Origin: Capsulimonadales bacterium
GTDB taxonomy: Bacteria; Armatimonadota; Armatimonadia; Armatimonadales; Armatimonadaceae
Direction: 5' to 3'
DNA length: 64,000 nucleotides
NCBI GenBank assembly: GCA_033762295.1
Contig: JANRLW010000009.1
Location: forward strand, 33,614 to 97,613
Both the position numbers and the translations under genes were made by a program. Shown here piece by piece: positions 17,706 through 29,480 of the stretch. Position 1 is the stretch's first letter. Each line of letters begins with the position of its first letter. A model generated the notes under the pieces. That model saw only the letters and a list, made by a program, of their open reading frames with translations. It did not search any database and had not been told where the DNA came from.

Positions 17706-20600
17706 ATGAGCGACACTGTGCACAACCCGTTCGATTCGCGGCAGACGTTCACCTATGCCGGAGGTAAGTCCGGACAGTTCCATTCCCTGCCCGCTCTGGA
17801 AAAAGCGGGCGTCGGCCCAATATCCAAATTGCCGATTTCCATCCGTATCGTTCTGGAATCCGTGCTCCGAAACTGCGACGGCGTTCGCGTCGCCGAGAAC
17901 GACGTTCGAACGCTCGCCAACTGGAGTCCGAACGCCGAGCGTACCGAGGAGATCCCCTTCGTCGTCGCCCGTGTCGTCCTTCAGGATTTCACCGGCGTTC
18001 CGCTTCTCGTCGACCTGGCCGCCATGCGCTCCGCCGTCGCCCGCATGGGCAAGGACCCCGGCATCATCGAACCCCTGGTGCCGGTCGACCTCGTCGTCGA
18101 TCACTCCGTTCAGGTCGATTACTCCGGCGTACCCGACGCGCTGCAGCGCAACATGGAGATCGAGTTCAAGCGCAATGAAGCGCGGTATCAGTTCCTGAAG
18201 TGGGGTACTCAGGCGTTCAACGGCTTCGGCGTCGTTCCGCCCGGCATCGGGATCGTCCATCAGGTCAACCTCGAGTACCTGGCCAAGGGCGTTCTGGAAA
18301 CCGACGGGGTTTTCTATCCCGATACGCTCGTCGGCACCGATAGCCACACGACCATGATCAACGGGCTCGGCGTCGTCGCCTGGGGCGTCGGCGGAATCGA
18401 GGCCGAAGCCGGTATGCTCGGGCAACCGGTCTACTTCCTGACCCCGGACGTCGTCGGCGTTCACCTGACCGGCGCGCTGAAGCCGGGCGTCACTGCCACC
18501 GACCTCGTCCTCACCATTACCGAGATGCTCCGAAAAGCCAAGGTCGTCGGCAAGTTCGTCGAATTCCACGGCGAAGGCGCGGCGTCCCTGTCTCTCACCG
18601 ACCGCGCGACGATCGGTAACATGGCTCCCGAATACGGCGCGACCATGGGCTACTTCCCGGTCGACGAGGAATCCTGTAAGTATCTGGCCTACACCGGGCG
18701 CACCGAGGAGCAGGTGGACGCCTTCCGCCAGTACTTCATCACGCAGGGCATGTTCGGAATGCCGGGAGCGGGCGAGATCGAGTACAGTCAACTGCTCGAA
18801 CTTGACCTCGCCACCGTCGAACCGAGCGTCGCCGGACCGAAGCGCCCGCAGGATCGGATCGCTCTACCGGCGGTAAAAGAGAAATTCAGCGAACTGCTGA
18901 CCCGCGCCACGACCGAAAGCGGCTACGGAAAGTCGTTCGCCGAGGCCAATAAACGCTTCCATATTCTCTACGGCGTCAACCAGGGCAAGACCGGCGACGC
19001 CCCGCTCACCGGCGGCGGCGAACAGGCTGAGGAGACCAAACCGGAAGGGGCGCACGCCCTGGAATCCGATAAGGAGACGGCGACCCTGACCGAGATCGAG
19101 ATGATGCAGAATCGCCCGACGCCCGATCGGGTCGAGGAGGTGGCGGAGGGACAGTACGACCAGGCCCGCATCTCCCTGAAACATGGCGATGTCGTGATCG
19201 CCGCCATTACCTCCTGCACCAACACCTCCAACCCGTCGGTCATGCTCGCCGCCGGACTGGTGGCGAAGAAGGCGATCGAAAAGGGCCTGAAGGTGCCGCC
19301 GTACGTCAAAACCTCCCTCGGCCCCGGTTCCCGCGTCGTCACCGAGTACCTGACGAAAACCGGCCTCCAGGACTGTCTGGATCAACTGGGATTTCAGACG
19401 GTCGGCTACGGCTGTACCACCTGTATCGGAAATTCCGGCCCGCTGGAGCCGCACCTGGAAAAGACGGTTGTGGACAACGATCTCGTCGTCGCCTCGGTTC
19501 TGTCCGGCAACCGCAACTTCGAGGCGCGCGTCCATCAGAGCATCAAGGCCAACTTCCTGATGTCGCCGCCGCTTGTCGTCGCCTTCGCGCTTGCCGGACG
19601 CGTCGACATCGACCTGACGACCGAACCGCTCGGAAGGGACGCGGACGGCAAGGAAGTCTTCCTGCAAGACCTCTGGCCGACCCCGGACGAAGTGAATTCT
19701 CTGCTCGGCGCGGCCAGTGACCCCGAAACCTACCGCCGCCTCTACACCGACTTCGAATCCCAGAACCCGCTCTGGCAGGCGGTCCCGTCGCCGACCGGCA
19801 AGGTCTACGACTGGAACCCGAACTCCACTTACATTCAGGAGCCGCCCTACTTCGACCGGTTCGGAATGGAGCCGGGGACGGCGAAAAACATCCGGAACGG
19901 TCGCCCGCTGGCGATGTTCGGCGACTCGGTCACGACGGACCACATCTCCCCCGCCGGTTCGATCAAGCCGTCGTCTCCGGCCGGGCTCTACCTCCAGGAG
20001 AAGGGCGTTCCGCCGGAGGACTTCAACTCCTACGGATCACGGCGCGGCAACGACCGGATCATGATGCGCGGGACATTCGCCAACGTCCGGATCAAGAATC
20101 TGATGGTTCCCGGTGTCGAGGGCGGCTTCACCGTCCACTATCCGAGCGGCGAGCAGATGCCCATTTACGACGCGTCGATCCGCTACCAGTCGTCCGGCAC
20201 CCCGCTCTTCGTCTTCGCAGGTCAGGAGTATGGCACCGGCTCGAGCCGTGACTGGGCGGCGAAGGGAACGGCGCTGCTCGGCGTCAAGGCGGTCATCGCC
20301 CAGTCGTTCGAGCGCATTCACCGCAGCAACCTGGTCGGCACCGGGGTCCTGCCCTGTCAGTTCAAGGACGGTGTCAGCCTGCAGAGCCTCAACCTCTGCG
20401 GCGACGAGACGTTCGACCTGACCGGACTGGAGAACGGCATCACGCCGCGCATGGATGTCACCCTGGTGATCCATCGAGCGAACGGCGAGACGACCGAGGT
20501 GCCGGTCACGCTCCGGATCGACACCCCGATCGAGGTGGAGTACTACCTCCACGGCGGCATTCTCCCATACGTCCTCCGCCAGCTCATCGCGAAGGCGTAA
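17706..20600 (+). CDS. acnA: aconitate hydratase A
   Basis: [57 protein letters not shown]. Confidence 0.97.
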   Translation: MSDTVHNPFDSRQTFTYAGGKSGQFHSLPALEKAGVGPISKLPISIRIVLESVLRNCDGVRVAENDVRTLANWSPNAERTEEIPFVVARVVLQDFTGVPLLVDLAAMRSAVARMGKDPGIIEPLVPVDLVVDHSVQVDYSGVPDALQRNMEIEFKRNEARYQFLKWGTQAFNGFGVVPPGIGIVHQVNLEYLAKGVLETDGVFYPDTLVGTDSHTTMINGLGVVAWGVGGIEAEAGMLGQPVYFLTPDVVGVHLTGALKPGVTATDLVLTITEMLRKAKVVGKFVEFHGEGAASLSLTDRATIGNMAPEYGATMGYFPVDEESCKYLAYTGRTEEQVDAFRQYFITQGMFGMPGAGEIEYSQLLELDLATVEPSVAGPKRPQDRIALPAVKEKFSELLTRATTESGYGKSFAEANKRFHILYGVNQGKTGDAPLTGGGEQAEETKPEGAHALESDKETATLTEIEMMQNRPTPDRVEEVAEGQYDQARISLKHGDVVIAAITSCTNTSNPSVMLAAGLVAKKAIEKGLKVPPYVKTSLGPGSRVVTEYLTKTGLQDCLDQLGFQTVGYGCTTCIGNSGPLEPHLEKTVVDNDLVVASVLSGNRNFEARVHQSIKANFLMSPPLVVAFALAGRVDIDLTTEPLGRDADGKEVFLQDLWPTPDEVNSLLGAASDPETYRRLYTDFESQNPLWQAVPSPTGKVYDWNPNSTYIQEPPYFDRFGMEPGTAKNIRNGRPLAMFGDSVTTDHISPAGSIKPSSPAGLYLQEKGVPPEDFNSYGSRRGNDRIMMRGTFANVRIKNLMVPGVEGGFTVHYPSGEQMPIYDASIRYQSSGTPLFVFAGQEYGTGSSRDWAAKGTALLGVKAVIAQSFERIHRSNLVGTGVLPCQFKDGVSLQSLNLCGDETFDLTGLENGITPRMDVTLVIHRANGETTEVPVTLRIDTPIEVEYYLHGGILPYVLRQLIAKA

Positions 20601-20697
20601 GCCAGCCTCCGGTGGTTTCTGTTCCCCAACCACGAGCAGGAACCACCGGATCTCTCCATCGCTTTTTCCTCCCCCGGGTCGTACGATACAATCGACC

Positions 20698-21591
20698 GTG
20701 GAAAATGGCGTCATTACCGGATTGCGCGAGGGGGATCTCGATCTTGCGGCGACCCTGAACAGCGGGCAGATGTTCCGCTGGTGGCGCGACGCGGACGGCG
20801 CGTTCGTCGGAACCGTCGGTCGACGACGCCTGCGCCTGTCACAAAGCGACGACGGGGGCAGGGTGCACTACGCAGCGGACGGTCCCGAGGCCGACGCCTT
20901 TGTCCGCTCCTTCCTGCGCCTGGACGATATCGACCTGCCCGCGCATGCCGAGAGGTGGTGCCGCGCCGATAGCCTCTTCGCCGAAGCCTGGGCCGCGCAG
21001 CCCGGGGTCCGCATTGTCCGGCAGGACCCCGAGGAGTGCTTTTTCTCCTTCCTGTGCGCCTCCGTCGCGCCGATACGTCGTATCTCCGGGATGCTGACCG
21101 CCGTTGTCAACGAATGCGGTACCAAACTCCCCGACGGCTACCACGCTTTTCCCCATGCCGCCGAACTCGCCTGTGTCACCGAGGACCGCCTGCGCGAACT
21201 CGGCCTCGGCTTCCGCGCCCGCCGCATCGCCGAAGCCGCGAAGCAGCTCGCCGAACTCCCGCCGGACTGGCTCCCCTCCCTTCGCGCCCGGTCCCACCCG
21301 GACGCCCGCGAGGCCCTCTGCCAGTTTTTTTTCGGACTCGGCTGGAAGATCGCCGACTGTATCTGTCTGTTCAGCCTGGACAAAGACGACGCCATACCGG
21401 TCGATACCCACATCCTTCGTATCGCGCAGACGCGGTACACTCCCGAACTCGCCGGAAAATCCCTGACCCCCGCCCACTACGAACGCATTACCGCCGCCTT
21501 TCGCGAACGTTTCGGAGAAAGAGCCGGTTGGGCGCAGCAAATCCTCTTTTATCGGGCGGCCGTCGGGTCTCGGCGCGAAAACCGGGGTTGA
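20698..21591 (+). CDS. 8-oxoguanine DNA glycosylase (OGG1-like HhH-GPD)
   Basis: TLNSGQMFRW, LGLGFRA, GLGWKIADCICLFSL, PVDTH, AGWAQQILF. Confidence 0.87.
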   Translation: MENGVITGLREGDLDLAATLNSGQMFRWWRDADGAFVGTVGRRRLRLSQSDDGGRVHYAADGPEADAFVRSFLRLDDIDLPAHAERWCRADSLFAEAWAAQPGVRIVRQDPEECFFSFLCASVAPIRRISGMLTAVVNECGTKLPDGYHAFPHAAELACVTEDRLRELGLGFRARRIAEAAKQLAELPPDWLPSLRARSHPDAREALCQFFFGLGWKIADCICLFSLDKDDAIPVDTHILRIAQTRYTPELAGKSLTPAHYERITAAFRERFGERAGWAQQILFYRAAVGSRRENRG

Positions 21592-21616
21592 CGAATGGCG
21601 AACCGTGCCGTAACGT
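21588..21616 (+). promoter_or_regulatory. sigma70-type promoter of ychF
   Basis: TTGACG-17 nt-TAACGT, 20 nt upstream of ATG. Confidence 0.55.
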
Positions 21617-21636
21617 AGCGAAGGGATTTTTCAACT

Positions 21637-22752
21637 ATGGCACTTGGAGTCGGTATCGTCGGTCTGCCGAACGTCGGCAAATCCACGCTTTTCAACGCGA
21701 TCACGAAAGCGGGCGCACTCGCCGCCAACTACCCGTTCGCGACCATCGATAAGAACGTCGGCGTCGTCACCCTGCCCGACGAGCGCCTGACCGCGCTGCA
21801 AAAGCTTTACACGAAAGGTGACCGGGTTCCGCCCCTGGTCCCGACCGCCGTCGAGTTCGTCGACATCGCCGGGCTCGTTCGTGGCGCACACAAGGGTGAA
21901 GGGCTCGGAAACCAGTTCCTTGCCAACATACGCGAGGTCGCCGCCGTCGCCCATGTGGTTCGCTGCTTCGAGGACGAAAACATCGTCCATGTCGAAGGCA
22001 AGGTCGATCCTCTCGGTGACCTAGAGACGATCGATACCGAACTCGCCCTCGCCGATCTCCAGACGATCGAAAAACGACTGGAACGCCTGCGTAAGACCGC
22101 CCGGACGAACAAGGACGACGCCGAACTGCTGTCCGTCGTCGAACCCCTGCACGAACGCCTGTCCGAAGGTCACCCCGCCCGTACCTACACCGGAGCCGAC
22201 CCCGAACTCCGCGCCCGCGCCTATCGCAACCTCGGACTGCTCACCGGAAAGCCCGTCATCTACGTCGCCAACGTCTCCGAGGACGACCTTCCCGACGGTG
22301 AAGGCAACGCCCACGTCGCCGCCGTCCGCGAGTACGCCGCGAAAGAGGGAGCCGAAGCGGTCGTCGTTTCCGCGAAGATCGAAGCCGAACTTGCCGATCT
22401 GGGCGAGGAGGAAGCCCGCGAATACCTTGCCTCCCTGGGCCTTACCGAAACCGGCCTGAACCGGCTGGTCAAGGTCGCCTATCGCCTGCTCGGTCTTCGT
22501 ACCTTCCTGACCGCCGGAGAAAAGGAGGTTCGCGCCTGGACCATCCACTCCGGGGACCGCGCCCCGCAGGCGGCCGGAGCGATCCACACCGATCTCGAAA
22601 AGGGCTTTATCCGCGCCGAAGTCGTCGAGTGGGACAAACTGGTTTCGGCGGGAAGCTGGTCCGGCGCCAAGGACCGGGGATGGGTCCGGATGGAAGGCAA
22701 GGAGTACACCGTGCAGGACGGTGACGTTATGATCATCCACCATAACGGTTGA
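21637..22752 (+). CDS. ychF: redox-regulated ATPase YchF
   Basis: GIVGLPNVGKST, ANYPFATI, DIAGLV, GEGLGNQFL, TGS domain. Confidence 0.96.
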   Translation: MALGVGIVGLPNVGKSTLFNAITKAGALAANYPFATIDKNVGVVTLPDERLTALQKLYTKGDRVPPLVPTAVEFVDIAGLVRGAHKGEGLGNQFLANIREVAAVAHVVRCFEDENIVHVEGKVDPLGDLETIDTELALADLQTIEKRLERLRKTARTNKDDAELLSVVEPLHERLSEGHPARTYTGADPELRARAYRNLGLLTGKPVIYVANVSEDDLPDGEGNAHVAAVREYAAKEGAEAVVVSAKIEAELADLGEEEAREYLASLGLTETGLNRLVKVAYRLLGLRTFLTAGEKEVRAWTIHSGDRAPQAAGAIHTDLEKGFIRAEVVEWDKLVSAGSWSGAKDRGWVRMEGKEYTVQDGDVMIIHHNG

Positions 22753-22863
22753 CGTTCGCTCTTTCTCGTTGGCGTAATGGCCCTGCGGTATATCCGGTGA
22801 AGGAATAAGGTTCCTCCCTGACGAACTAACGACCAATACCATTCGCAAAGGAAACGCTATACG

Positions 22864-23211
22864 ATGGCAGAGCAGAGTGCCGAACAAACGGCGAATCCCG
22901 AAACCCCGGACGCCGTGCCGGCCCCGAAAAAGCAGCAGGTTCCTCCGGCCGTCACCGCGATCGTTGTCGTTTTTCTGCTGGGGTTCATCGCCTGGCAGTT
23001 CACCCTGTACTTCAAGATGCCCCGCTTCGGCCGGCAGAAACCCGTCGGGGAGATTGTGATGGAAAAGGTCATTGCCACCGACGGCGATATCAAGCGACTG
23101 AGCAAAGAGGAACTGGATCAACTGAACAACCTGACCATGGGCAACGGCGAGAAATACTTCAACACCTATGCCGAGCAGCGCGCCAAGCAGGCAAAGCCGG
23201 CTGCACCTTAA
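22864..23211 (+). CDS. small single-TM hypothetical protein
   Basis: AAAGGA RBS; PPAVTAIVVVFLLGFIAW segment. Confidence 0.6.
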   Translation: MAEQSAEQTANPETPDAVPAPKKQQVPPAVTAIVVVFLLGFIAWQFTLYFKMPRFGRQKPVGEIVMEKVIATDGDIKRLSKEELDQLNNLTMGNGEKYFNTYAEQRAKQAKPAAP

Positions 23212-24986
23212 CGCGCTTCTTCCTCCTCTTTCACGGTACGACGCCTTTCGTTGCGTGATCGCGGCGACGGAAGGCGTCCGGTAATGCCCTTCCCCTCCGT
23301 CACGAGGTGGATGGCGTCCGCCTCCACCGACGTCAGTCGATCCCGGACCCCGCTCGGCCAGATTATCTCCACCGATTCGATCCGCTTTTCCCGCCCGAGA
23401 CCGAAATAGACCCGCCGATCGCTGGCCGAAAGATAGCTCGAGCCCGCTCGCACCGTCGCCGTCTGCCTTGTTTGGCCCGCGGTCAGGACGAACCGGGCGT
23501 GCAGACCGTCACGATTGCTCCGGGTGCCGACGGTTTTGAACGCGACCCAGTGGTGCCCGTTTCGATTCCGGTTCCGGAACAGTTCCGCCGGGCCGTTCTG
23601 ACTGCTGACCAGCGCATCCTGCCGACCGTCGTTGTCATAGTCACCGATCGCCAGCCCCCGGCCGACGCTTTTTCGCGCCAGCGGACCGAGTTCCGTGGCC
23701 GCCTCCTCACGAAACCGTCCGTTCCCCTCGTTGTGAAACAGTTGTTTCGGTTCCGGCGCACTGATGCCGATCCGTCGAAGATTCTCGTCATCGACCTTGC
23801 CGTTCACGACCAGAAGATCCTCCCAGCCGTCGGCATCGTAGTCGAGAAACTCCGCGCCAAAGGCGAAAGCGTCGAGCGCCGCCAGTCCGACCTCCGCCGC
23901 AAGCGCACGAAATACCCCGTCGCCTTCGTTTTTGAACAGCGTTTTCGGAGAACTGATCCGGCTGGTGACATACACGCTCGGTCGACCGCTATGGTCGTAG
24001 TCACCGATCGCGACGCTCATTCCGGCCATTGGCTGATGGTCCGCCCCAAAAGCGCACCCCGCCGGAACCGCCACCTGCGAAAACCTGCCGTTCCGGTCGT
24101 TTCGCCAGAGCATGTTCGGCGTCTGGTCGTTGGCAACGAAAATATCCTGCCAGCCGTCCCCATCGAAGTCCAGGAATCCGACCGCGAGGCCTCGCCCCCG
24201 TTCCCGCGCGATTCCCGCCCGTTCGCTCACATCGACGAAACGGTCCCCATCGTTCCGAAACAGCCGGTGCGTGTCCGGATGGTGCAGCGAGTTGGCATAG
24301 TACTCGCCATCTTTTCCCCACGTCCAGTCCGAATAGTAGCAGACATAAAGGTCTAGCCGCCCGTCGTTATTGTAGTCTCCGAAAGCGGCGGCGGTCGCGA
24401 GGCCGGTACTGTGTAATCGATCGAGTCCCATCCGGCGGGTCACCTCCTCGAACCGGGGTTTCGAACCGCCCGTGTTCCGCAAAAGGTGGTTGGCCCGAAA
24501 GCCGGTAAGGAAAAGGTCCGCCCGGCCATCGTTGTCGAAGTCGCCGACCGCGACGCCGATCAGGTAACCCAGATCGCGATCCAACCCCGAACCGGCGGTA
24601 ACATCGGCGAAAGTCCCGTCGCCCCGGTTTCGGAATAGCCCGCAAAAAGGTCGTCGGAGGGGGTTTTTGCGACCGGTGGGCGGATCGGCGGAACCGGATT
24701 GGAGCAGAAGAATATCCGAAAATCCGTCGTTGTCGAAATCGAGGAACGCGCATCCGCCGGGGGCGAACTCCACGAAATGCGGACGATCCGTCGTGCCGGA
24801 GATATGCGTAAAGCGAACGCCGGTCCGCATCGCCACCTCCTCGAAAAACGCGGAGGACGACGACGGTGCGGCTACGGACGAAGAAGGGGGCGGCGTTCGC
24901 GAGGGGATGGAGGCGATTCCGGTCCACAAAAGCGCGACCGACAAGGTCATTACGAGGAGGGTTCGCCGAATCACAGGCCGTTTCAT
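23208..24986 (-). CDS. CRTAC1 family (FG-GAP repeats + ASPIC/UnbV) secreted protein
   Basis: signal peptide; repeated DFDNDG/GDYNNDG; SYLSASDRRVYFGLG, IIWPSG. Confidence 0.9.
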   Translation of the reverse strand: MKRPVIRRTLLVMTLSVALLWTGIASIPSRTPPPSSSVAAPSSSSAFFEEVAMRTGVRFTHISGTTDRPHFVEFAPGGCAFLDFDNDGFSDILLLQSGSADPPTGRKNPLRRPFCGLFRNRGDGTFADVTAGSGLDRDLGYLIGVAVGDFDNDGRADLFLTGFRANHLLRNTGGSKPRFEEVTRRMGLDRLHSTGLATAAAFGDYNNDGRLDLYVCYYSDWTWGKDGEYYANSLHHPDTHRLFRNDGDRFVDVSERAGIARERGRGLAVGFLDFDGDGWQDIFVANDQTPNMLWRNDRNGRFSQVAVPAGCAFGADHQPMAGMSVAIGDYDHSGRPSVYVTSRISSPKTLFKNEGDGVFRALAAEVGLAALDAFAFGAEFLDYDADGWEDLLVVNGKVDDENLRRIGISAPEPKQLFHNEGNGRFREEAATELGPLARKSVGRGLAIGDYDNDGRQDALVSSQNGPAELFRNRNRNGHHWVAFKTVGTRSNRDGLHARFVLTAGQTRQTATVRAGSSYLSASDRRVYFGLGREKRIESVEIIWPSGVRDRLTSVEADAIHLVTEGKGITGRLPSPRSRNERRRTVKEEEEAR

Positions 24987-25082
24987 CGTTGACATCCCTT
25001 TCACGGCGGAAGGGCAAAACAAGAAAGCCGGGGGCGATGGTGATCGCCCCCGGCCATGAACCTCCAACCGGGCTATCGGGCC

Positions 25083-25304
25083 TCAGTCCTTGGTGGTCTG
25101 AATTCCGGTCACCTCATCGGTGTGGAGATGCTTCCGTTGTTCGGTGTCACTCTTCGTCGCGCCGGCGTTCCCGGTCAGGAACTTCGGGCCGCTCATGTTC
25201 TTGAACACGAGAAAGCCTCCGATCGCCAGTACGATGACCCCGATCACGACCGCAATGATGGCGGGCGAGACTTCCGACCGTAGCGGACTCTCTTCCTGTT
25301 TCAT
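25083..25304 (-). CDS. small single-TM protein downstream of a DUF1559 gene
   Basis: AAGGA RBS; EVSPAIIAVVIGVIVLAIGGFLVF. Confidence 0.65.
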   Translation of the reverse strand: MKQEESPLRSEVSPAIIAVVIGVIVLAIGGFLVFKNMSGPKFLTGNAGATKSDTEQRKHLHTDEVTGIQTTKD

Positions 25305-25315
25305 CCGGTTCGTCC

Positions 25316-26329
25316 TTATTCGTCCGGCCAGAGGAAGGTCGCGAACCCGGGCGAAGGTCCTTCACAGCCGGTGCAGACCGCGCCGCTCGTATCCGGTCGC
25401 GGCGTCATGCGAAGGAACTGCTGGGGGGTCAGCGATTTGGCGTGTCCGTCCAGGAAGGTGACGGTCGTCGTTCCCTGTCCGTAGTTGTTCTTGCGGCCTT
25501 CCCAGCCACGGTCGCACTGGCCGTTGTTCGCCCCGCCCTTGTGGCGCGGCACCGGCCCGGTGTAGTTGAACATGGAGATCGCCGTGGACGCCTGGTAATC
25601 CTCCGGCGTACCGTAGGAAGGCGTCGTGCAGAACCCGATGGCGCGGTTATCCCCCCGGTTGGTGCTACTGGTCGCCAGAGCGTCGTAGTCACCCGCGCAG
25701 AAGAGCGTGCCGTACTCCGCCGGTCGGGCGACCGCGGCCAGCGTGCGGCTCGGGAAGACACCGGCCTTGAACGAACGGCCCGGGGTGTTCTGGTTGACTA
25801 CCCCCATGATGCCGTTGTAGCGCATTCCCCAGACGATGCCGAGGTCCGCGGTCCAGCCGATCGTGGCATTGGTGCCCTTACCGCCGCGCCAGGTTACCCA
25901 GTACTGGAAGTTGCCGCCGTCATGTACCCTCGCATCCGCGAACGCGCCGATGCCCTGGTATACCGCCCAGCTCACGCCGTTTCGGCTCGGAGCGACGTTC
26001 AGCGGAACGTTGCCGATATCGCCGATCTGTACCGCCTGGTTCGGGCAGATGAACAGACCGACATTCTTCGTGTACGGCTGGATCGAGTCGATCCAGGTCG
26101 CGCCGAGCAGCGCCGGGTCGTCCTGGCGGTACAGCAGCGGAACGGTCTCATCATAGTCCTGAGCATACATCAGGTAGGCAAGACCGGCCTGCTTGACGTT
26201 GTTCAGACAGGTCGTCGCGAAGGCTGCCTCGCGGGCCTGGGCGAAGACCGGGAACAGGATAGCTGCCAGAATCGCGATTATCGCGATGACAACGAGCAAC
26301 TCGATGAGCGTAAAGCCCTTGCGTATCAT
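25316..26329 (-). CDS. prepilin-type N-methylation / DUF1559 protein
   Basis: [38 protein letters not shown]-terminal FLDGHAK. Confidence 0.92.
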   Translation of the reverse strand: MIRKGFTLIELLVVIAIIAILAAILFPVFAQAREAAFATTCLNNVKQAGLAYLMYAQDYDETVPLLYRQDDPALLGATWIDSIQPYTKNVGLFICPNQAVQIGDIGNVPLNVAPSRNGVSWAVYQGIGAFADARVHDGGNFQYWVTWRGGKGTNATIGWTADLGIVWGMRYNGIMGVVNQNTPGRSFKAGVFPSRTLAAVARPAEYGTLFCAGDYDALATSSTNRGDNRAIGFCTTPSYGTPEDYQASTAISMFNYTGPVPRHKGGANNGQCDRGWEGRKNNYGQGTTTVTFLDGHAKSLTPQQFLRMTPRPDTSGAVCTGCEGPSPGFATFLWPDE

Positions 26330-26433
26330 TCTTCGGCTCCTTATGGTCAGGCAAGAACCCCCCGGATCTCAACTATCCGACGAATGGGTTCCTCGCTGAC
26401 GTTACAATCTTCGTAGACTTGACGAGCGACGAC

Positions 26434-27213
26434 TTAGTTGAACGGCTGCGGGAAGTACTTCGCCGGGTTGTCCGCCGGATACAGACCGTTGCGCGGAACC
26501 GACTTGACATGGCCGTCCAGGAACGCCAGGTTCGCCTGCACGTTGTGGCGGGAGGAACCGGCCGCCCAGTCCGGGTTGTTGGCATCGCGAATCGCCGCGA
26601 ACCCGTTCCACCGGTCCGAACCGGTCAGATACGCGCCCGGCTTGATCGGCGACTGATCGTTGGTGAACGGCGCGGCCGTCGCCATCAGAACGCCGCCATC
26701 GACGAACATACAAACCTCGGCCGGCTGCGGAAACTTCACGGTCTGGCCCAGGTAGAAGTTGTAGAGATAGCTGGTGTGCACCGGTCGCTGATAGCTTCCC
26801 GGATTCGGCGCCAGGTTCGGCGAAATGCTGCCGGTGACGTTGCGGGAGACATCGTCCGGGCAGATCAGGATGTCGTTGTTCTTCGTATAGGCGAAGATCA
26901 TCTGCGGCCAGCCGACCTGGTTCGGCGCTTCCAATCCGGCCAGAGTGACGTTGCCCTGCGGCGCGCGGTCATCGTAGTCGACCTGATACTGCTTGACCGC
27001 CAGCGCGATCTGTTTCAGGTTGCTGATACACGTCGCGGCGCGAGCCTTGCCGCGCGCCTGTCCGAAGACCGGGAAAAGAATCGCGGCGAGAATCGCGATA
27101 ATGGCGATAACCACGAGCAATTCAATCAGGGTGAAACCCGCGCGGGACGTTCCTGCGGAGGTCTGCACCGGAGAGGACCCGGCCCGAATTCCGAGCTTGT
27201 CAGATTGCTTCAT
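26434..27213 (-). CDS. prepilin-type N-methylation / DUF1559 protein
   Basis: [10 protein letters not shown]...[24 protein letters not shown] (H-X9-DG). Confidence 0.92.
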   Translation of the reverse strand: MKQSDKLGIRAGSSPVQTSAGTSRAGFTLIELLVVIAIIAILAAILFPVFGQARGKARAATCISNLKQIALAVKQYQVDYDDRAPQGNVTLAGLEAPNQVGWPQMIFAYTKNNDILICPDDVSRNVTGSISPNLAPNPGSYQRPVHTSYLYNFYLGQTVKFPQPAEVCMFVDGGVLMATAAPFTNDQSPIKPGAYLTGSDRWNGFAAIRDANNPDWAAGSSRHNVQANLAFLDGHVKSVPRNGLYPADNPAKYFPQPFN

Positions 27214-27557
27214 ACGTACTGCTCCTGTAAACCGTGCGTTCACGATACGTCGTTGTGCGGCTCCTTTTGGTCGGCCCGTCCGCTCCCCCGGTGATATCCG
27301 CCCGGAACGGGAAGAAGGAGGAAAGGATTCGGCCCGCCGATGGATCGGATGAATGATTCGAACGGATGTCGACCCGGTGCTTCCGAAACGGTCGCCGAGT
27401 CGAAATGAGGAAATGATCGAGAATGCCGTTGCCCATCCGCCCGGCGTCGGAACGAGCAAGAGTGTCCGTACCGGCGACCGCGCCAGCGGAAGAGAAGAGC
27501 GGATTCTTTATCTCGACCTTCATGCCCGAGAGCTTCCTTACTGATCGGATAGCCCAA

Positions 27558-27586
27558 ATTATAACGAGTAAACTTTACTTTGTCAA
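27558..27586 (-). promoter_or_regulatory. consensus sigma70 promoter with palindromic operator
   Basis: minus strand TTGACA-17 nt-TATAAT; spacer contains AGTAAA-G-TTTACT. Confidence 0.8.
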
Positions 27587-27685
27587 CGCTTTATTGAGAT
27601 AAATAATCGGAGGAACGGGACGATCCTCCCCAGCGAACGAACCCCGACCCGGACAGGCCGGGGTTTGCCTCCCTTGACCGGCGTT

Positions 27686-28789
27686 TCAACCGAAAAGGTT
27701 CGGCGTACCCGAAGAGCCGTCCTCGATCTTTTCCGGACGGGGGCGATACGGGAGGCCGAGATGCTCGTACGCGCCGCGGGTCGCCAGCCGTCCGCGCGGC
27801 GTCCGATTCAGGAATCCGAGCATCATCAGGTACGGTTCGTAGACATCCTCGATCGTATCCCGCTCCTCCTGAAGCGTCGCGGCGATCGTCTCGATCCCGA
27901 CCGGGCCGCCGTCGAACTTCTCGATCAACGTTCGAAGGAACCGTCGGTCGAAATCATCCAGACCGAGTCCATCGACGCCCTGCATTTTCAATGCGGCGTC
28001 CGCAATCTCCGACGTGATCGAACCGTCGCCGCGTACCTGAGCGTAGTCCCGTGCCCGCTTCAACAAGCGGTTGGCGATACGTGGCGTTCCTCGCGACCGA
28101 CGCGCCAGTCCGAACGCGCCCTCCTCATCGATCGGGACATTCAAAAGGTCCGCCGAGCGGGTGATAATCCGCGCCAGATCCTCCGGGTTGTAAAACTCGA
28201 AATAGTGTGTGATCCCGAAACGGTCGCGCAACGGATTGGTCAGCAGGCCGGGTCGGGTGGTCGCGCCGATCAGCGTGAAACGGGGCAGCGGAATCTTGAT
28301 GGTTCTGGCCGAAGCCCCCTGTCCGATCGTCATATCCATCTCATAATCCTCCATCGCCGGGTAGAGGTACTCCTCCGAAAGCCGGTTCAGACGATGGATC
28401 TCGTCGATGAACAGAACGCTGTTTTGCTCCAGATTCGTCAGAATCGCGACCAGGTCGCCCGGCTTCTCAATCGCAGGAGCCGAGGTCGCCCGCAGATTCG
28501 CCCCCATTTCCGCAGCGATGACGTTGGCGAGCGAGGTTTTCCCCAGACCGGGCGGACCGTGCAGGAGAATATGGTCGAGCGGTTCCTGACGCATTCGCGC
28601 CGCCGCCAGAGCGATTCCCAGGTTTTCCTTGATCTTCGGCTGACCGATGTATTCGGACAGACGCTTGGGACGGAGCGAAAACTCTTCCTTATCGGCCGCG
28701 CTATTGAAACGCCCGCCGACGATCCGGTCGTCTCGACCGTCGTCTCCTCCGTCTCCGCCATGACTCAGTGTGGATGATTGGATCGGCAT
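27686..28789 (-). CDS. ruvB: Holliday junction helicase RuvB
   Basis: [45 protein letters not shown]. Confidence 0.97.
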   Translation of the reverse strand: MPIQSSTLSHGGDGGDDGRDDRIVGGRFNSAADKEEFSLRPKRLSEYIGQPKIKENLGIALAAARMRQEPLDHILLHGPPGLGKTSLANVIAAEMGANLRATSAPAIEKPGDLVAILTNLEQNSVLFIDEIHRLNRLSEEYLYPAMEDYEMDMTIGQGASARTIKIPLPRFTLIGATTRPGLLTNPLRDRFGITHYFEFYNPEDLARIITRSADLLNVPIDEEGAFGLARRSRGTPRIANRLLKRARDYAQVRGDGSITSEIADAALKMQGVDGLGLDDFDRRFLRTLIEKFDGGPVGIETIAATLQEERDTIEDVYEPYLMMLGFLNRTPRGRLATRGAYEHLGLPYRPRPEKIEDGSSGTPNLFG

Positions 28790-28810
28790 TCTCCGGCCTT
28801 CCGCGCGAGG

Positions 28811-29443
28811 CTACTTGCTGAGTCGGTTCAGAGCCGTCCGGAGCAGCAAGGCGAATTCCGGTTTCTCCCCGTCCTTCTCCTTCTCCGCTACCGCACCCTC
28901 CGCCGCCCTCCGCGCATCATTTTTGTTATAACCCAGGTTTTCCAGCGCCGAGGCGACGTCCTCGAGAAGAGTCTCCCGATCGCTTCGCGTCCTGGCTTTG
29001 GAACTCGAGGCCAACATATCCACTCGCCGCTCAAAGCCCAGAGCGGAAAACTTATCTTTTAATTCCACTACCAAACGCTGGGCCGTCCGCGCCCCGATCC
29101 CCGGCACCTTGGTCAGTCGCCGGACGTCCTCCTGACTGACCGCCTGCGCCAGTTCCTCGGCCGGAAGAGCCGATAGCAGCGCCAACGCCGCCTTCGGCCC
29201 GATACCGCTCACCGTCAGCAGGAGTTGAAAGACCTTCAACTCCTGCTCGGTATTGAAACCGTACAGACTGAGGTCATCCTCGCGTACGATCAGGTGGGTC
29301 AGCAGGCGGATCGGTTGACCGGTCTCCGGCAACGTCTCCAGCACCGACACCGGCACGTTCACCCGATATCCGATCCCGTGTACGTCCACAATCACCGCGC
29401 CCGCGCCCGTCCGTCCGACCGTCCCGGACACCTCTGCGATCAC
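28811..29443 (-). CDS. ruvA: Holliday junction binding protein RuvA
   Basis: DVHGIGY, VREDDLSLYGF, VSGIGPK, VPGIGARTAQR, LENLGY. Confidence 0.95.
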   Translation of the reverse strand: MIAEVSGTVGRTGAGAVIVDVHGIGYRVNVPVSVLETLPETGQPIRLLTHLIVREDDLSLYGFNTEQELKVFQLLLTVSGIGPKAALALLSALPAEELAQAVSQEDVRRLTKVPGIGARTAQRLVVELKDKFSALGFERRVDMLASSSKARTRSDRETLLEDVASALENLGYNKNDARRAAEGAVAEKEKDGEKPEFALLLRTALNRLSK

Positions 29444-29480
29444 GTTCCCTCACCCCTTCCTTATCCCGCCGGTTCCCACG

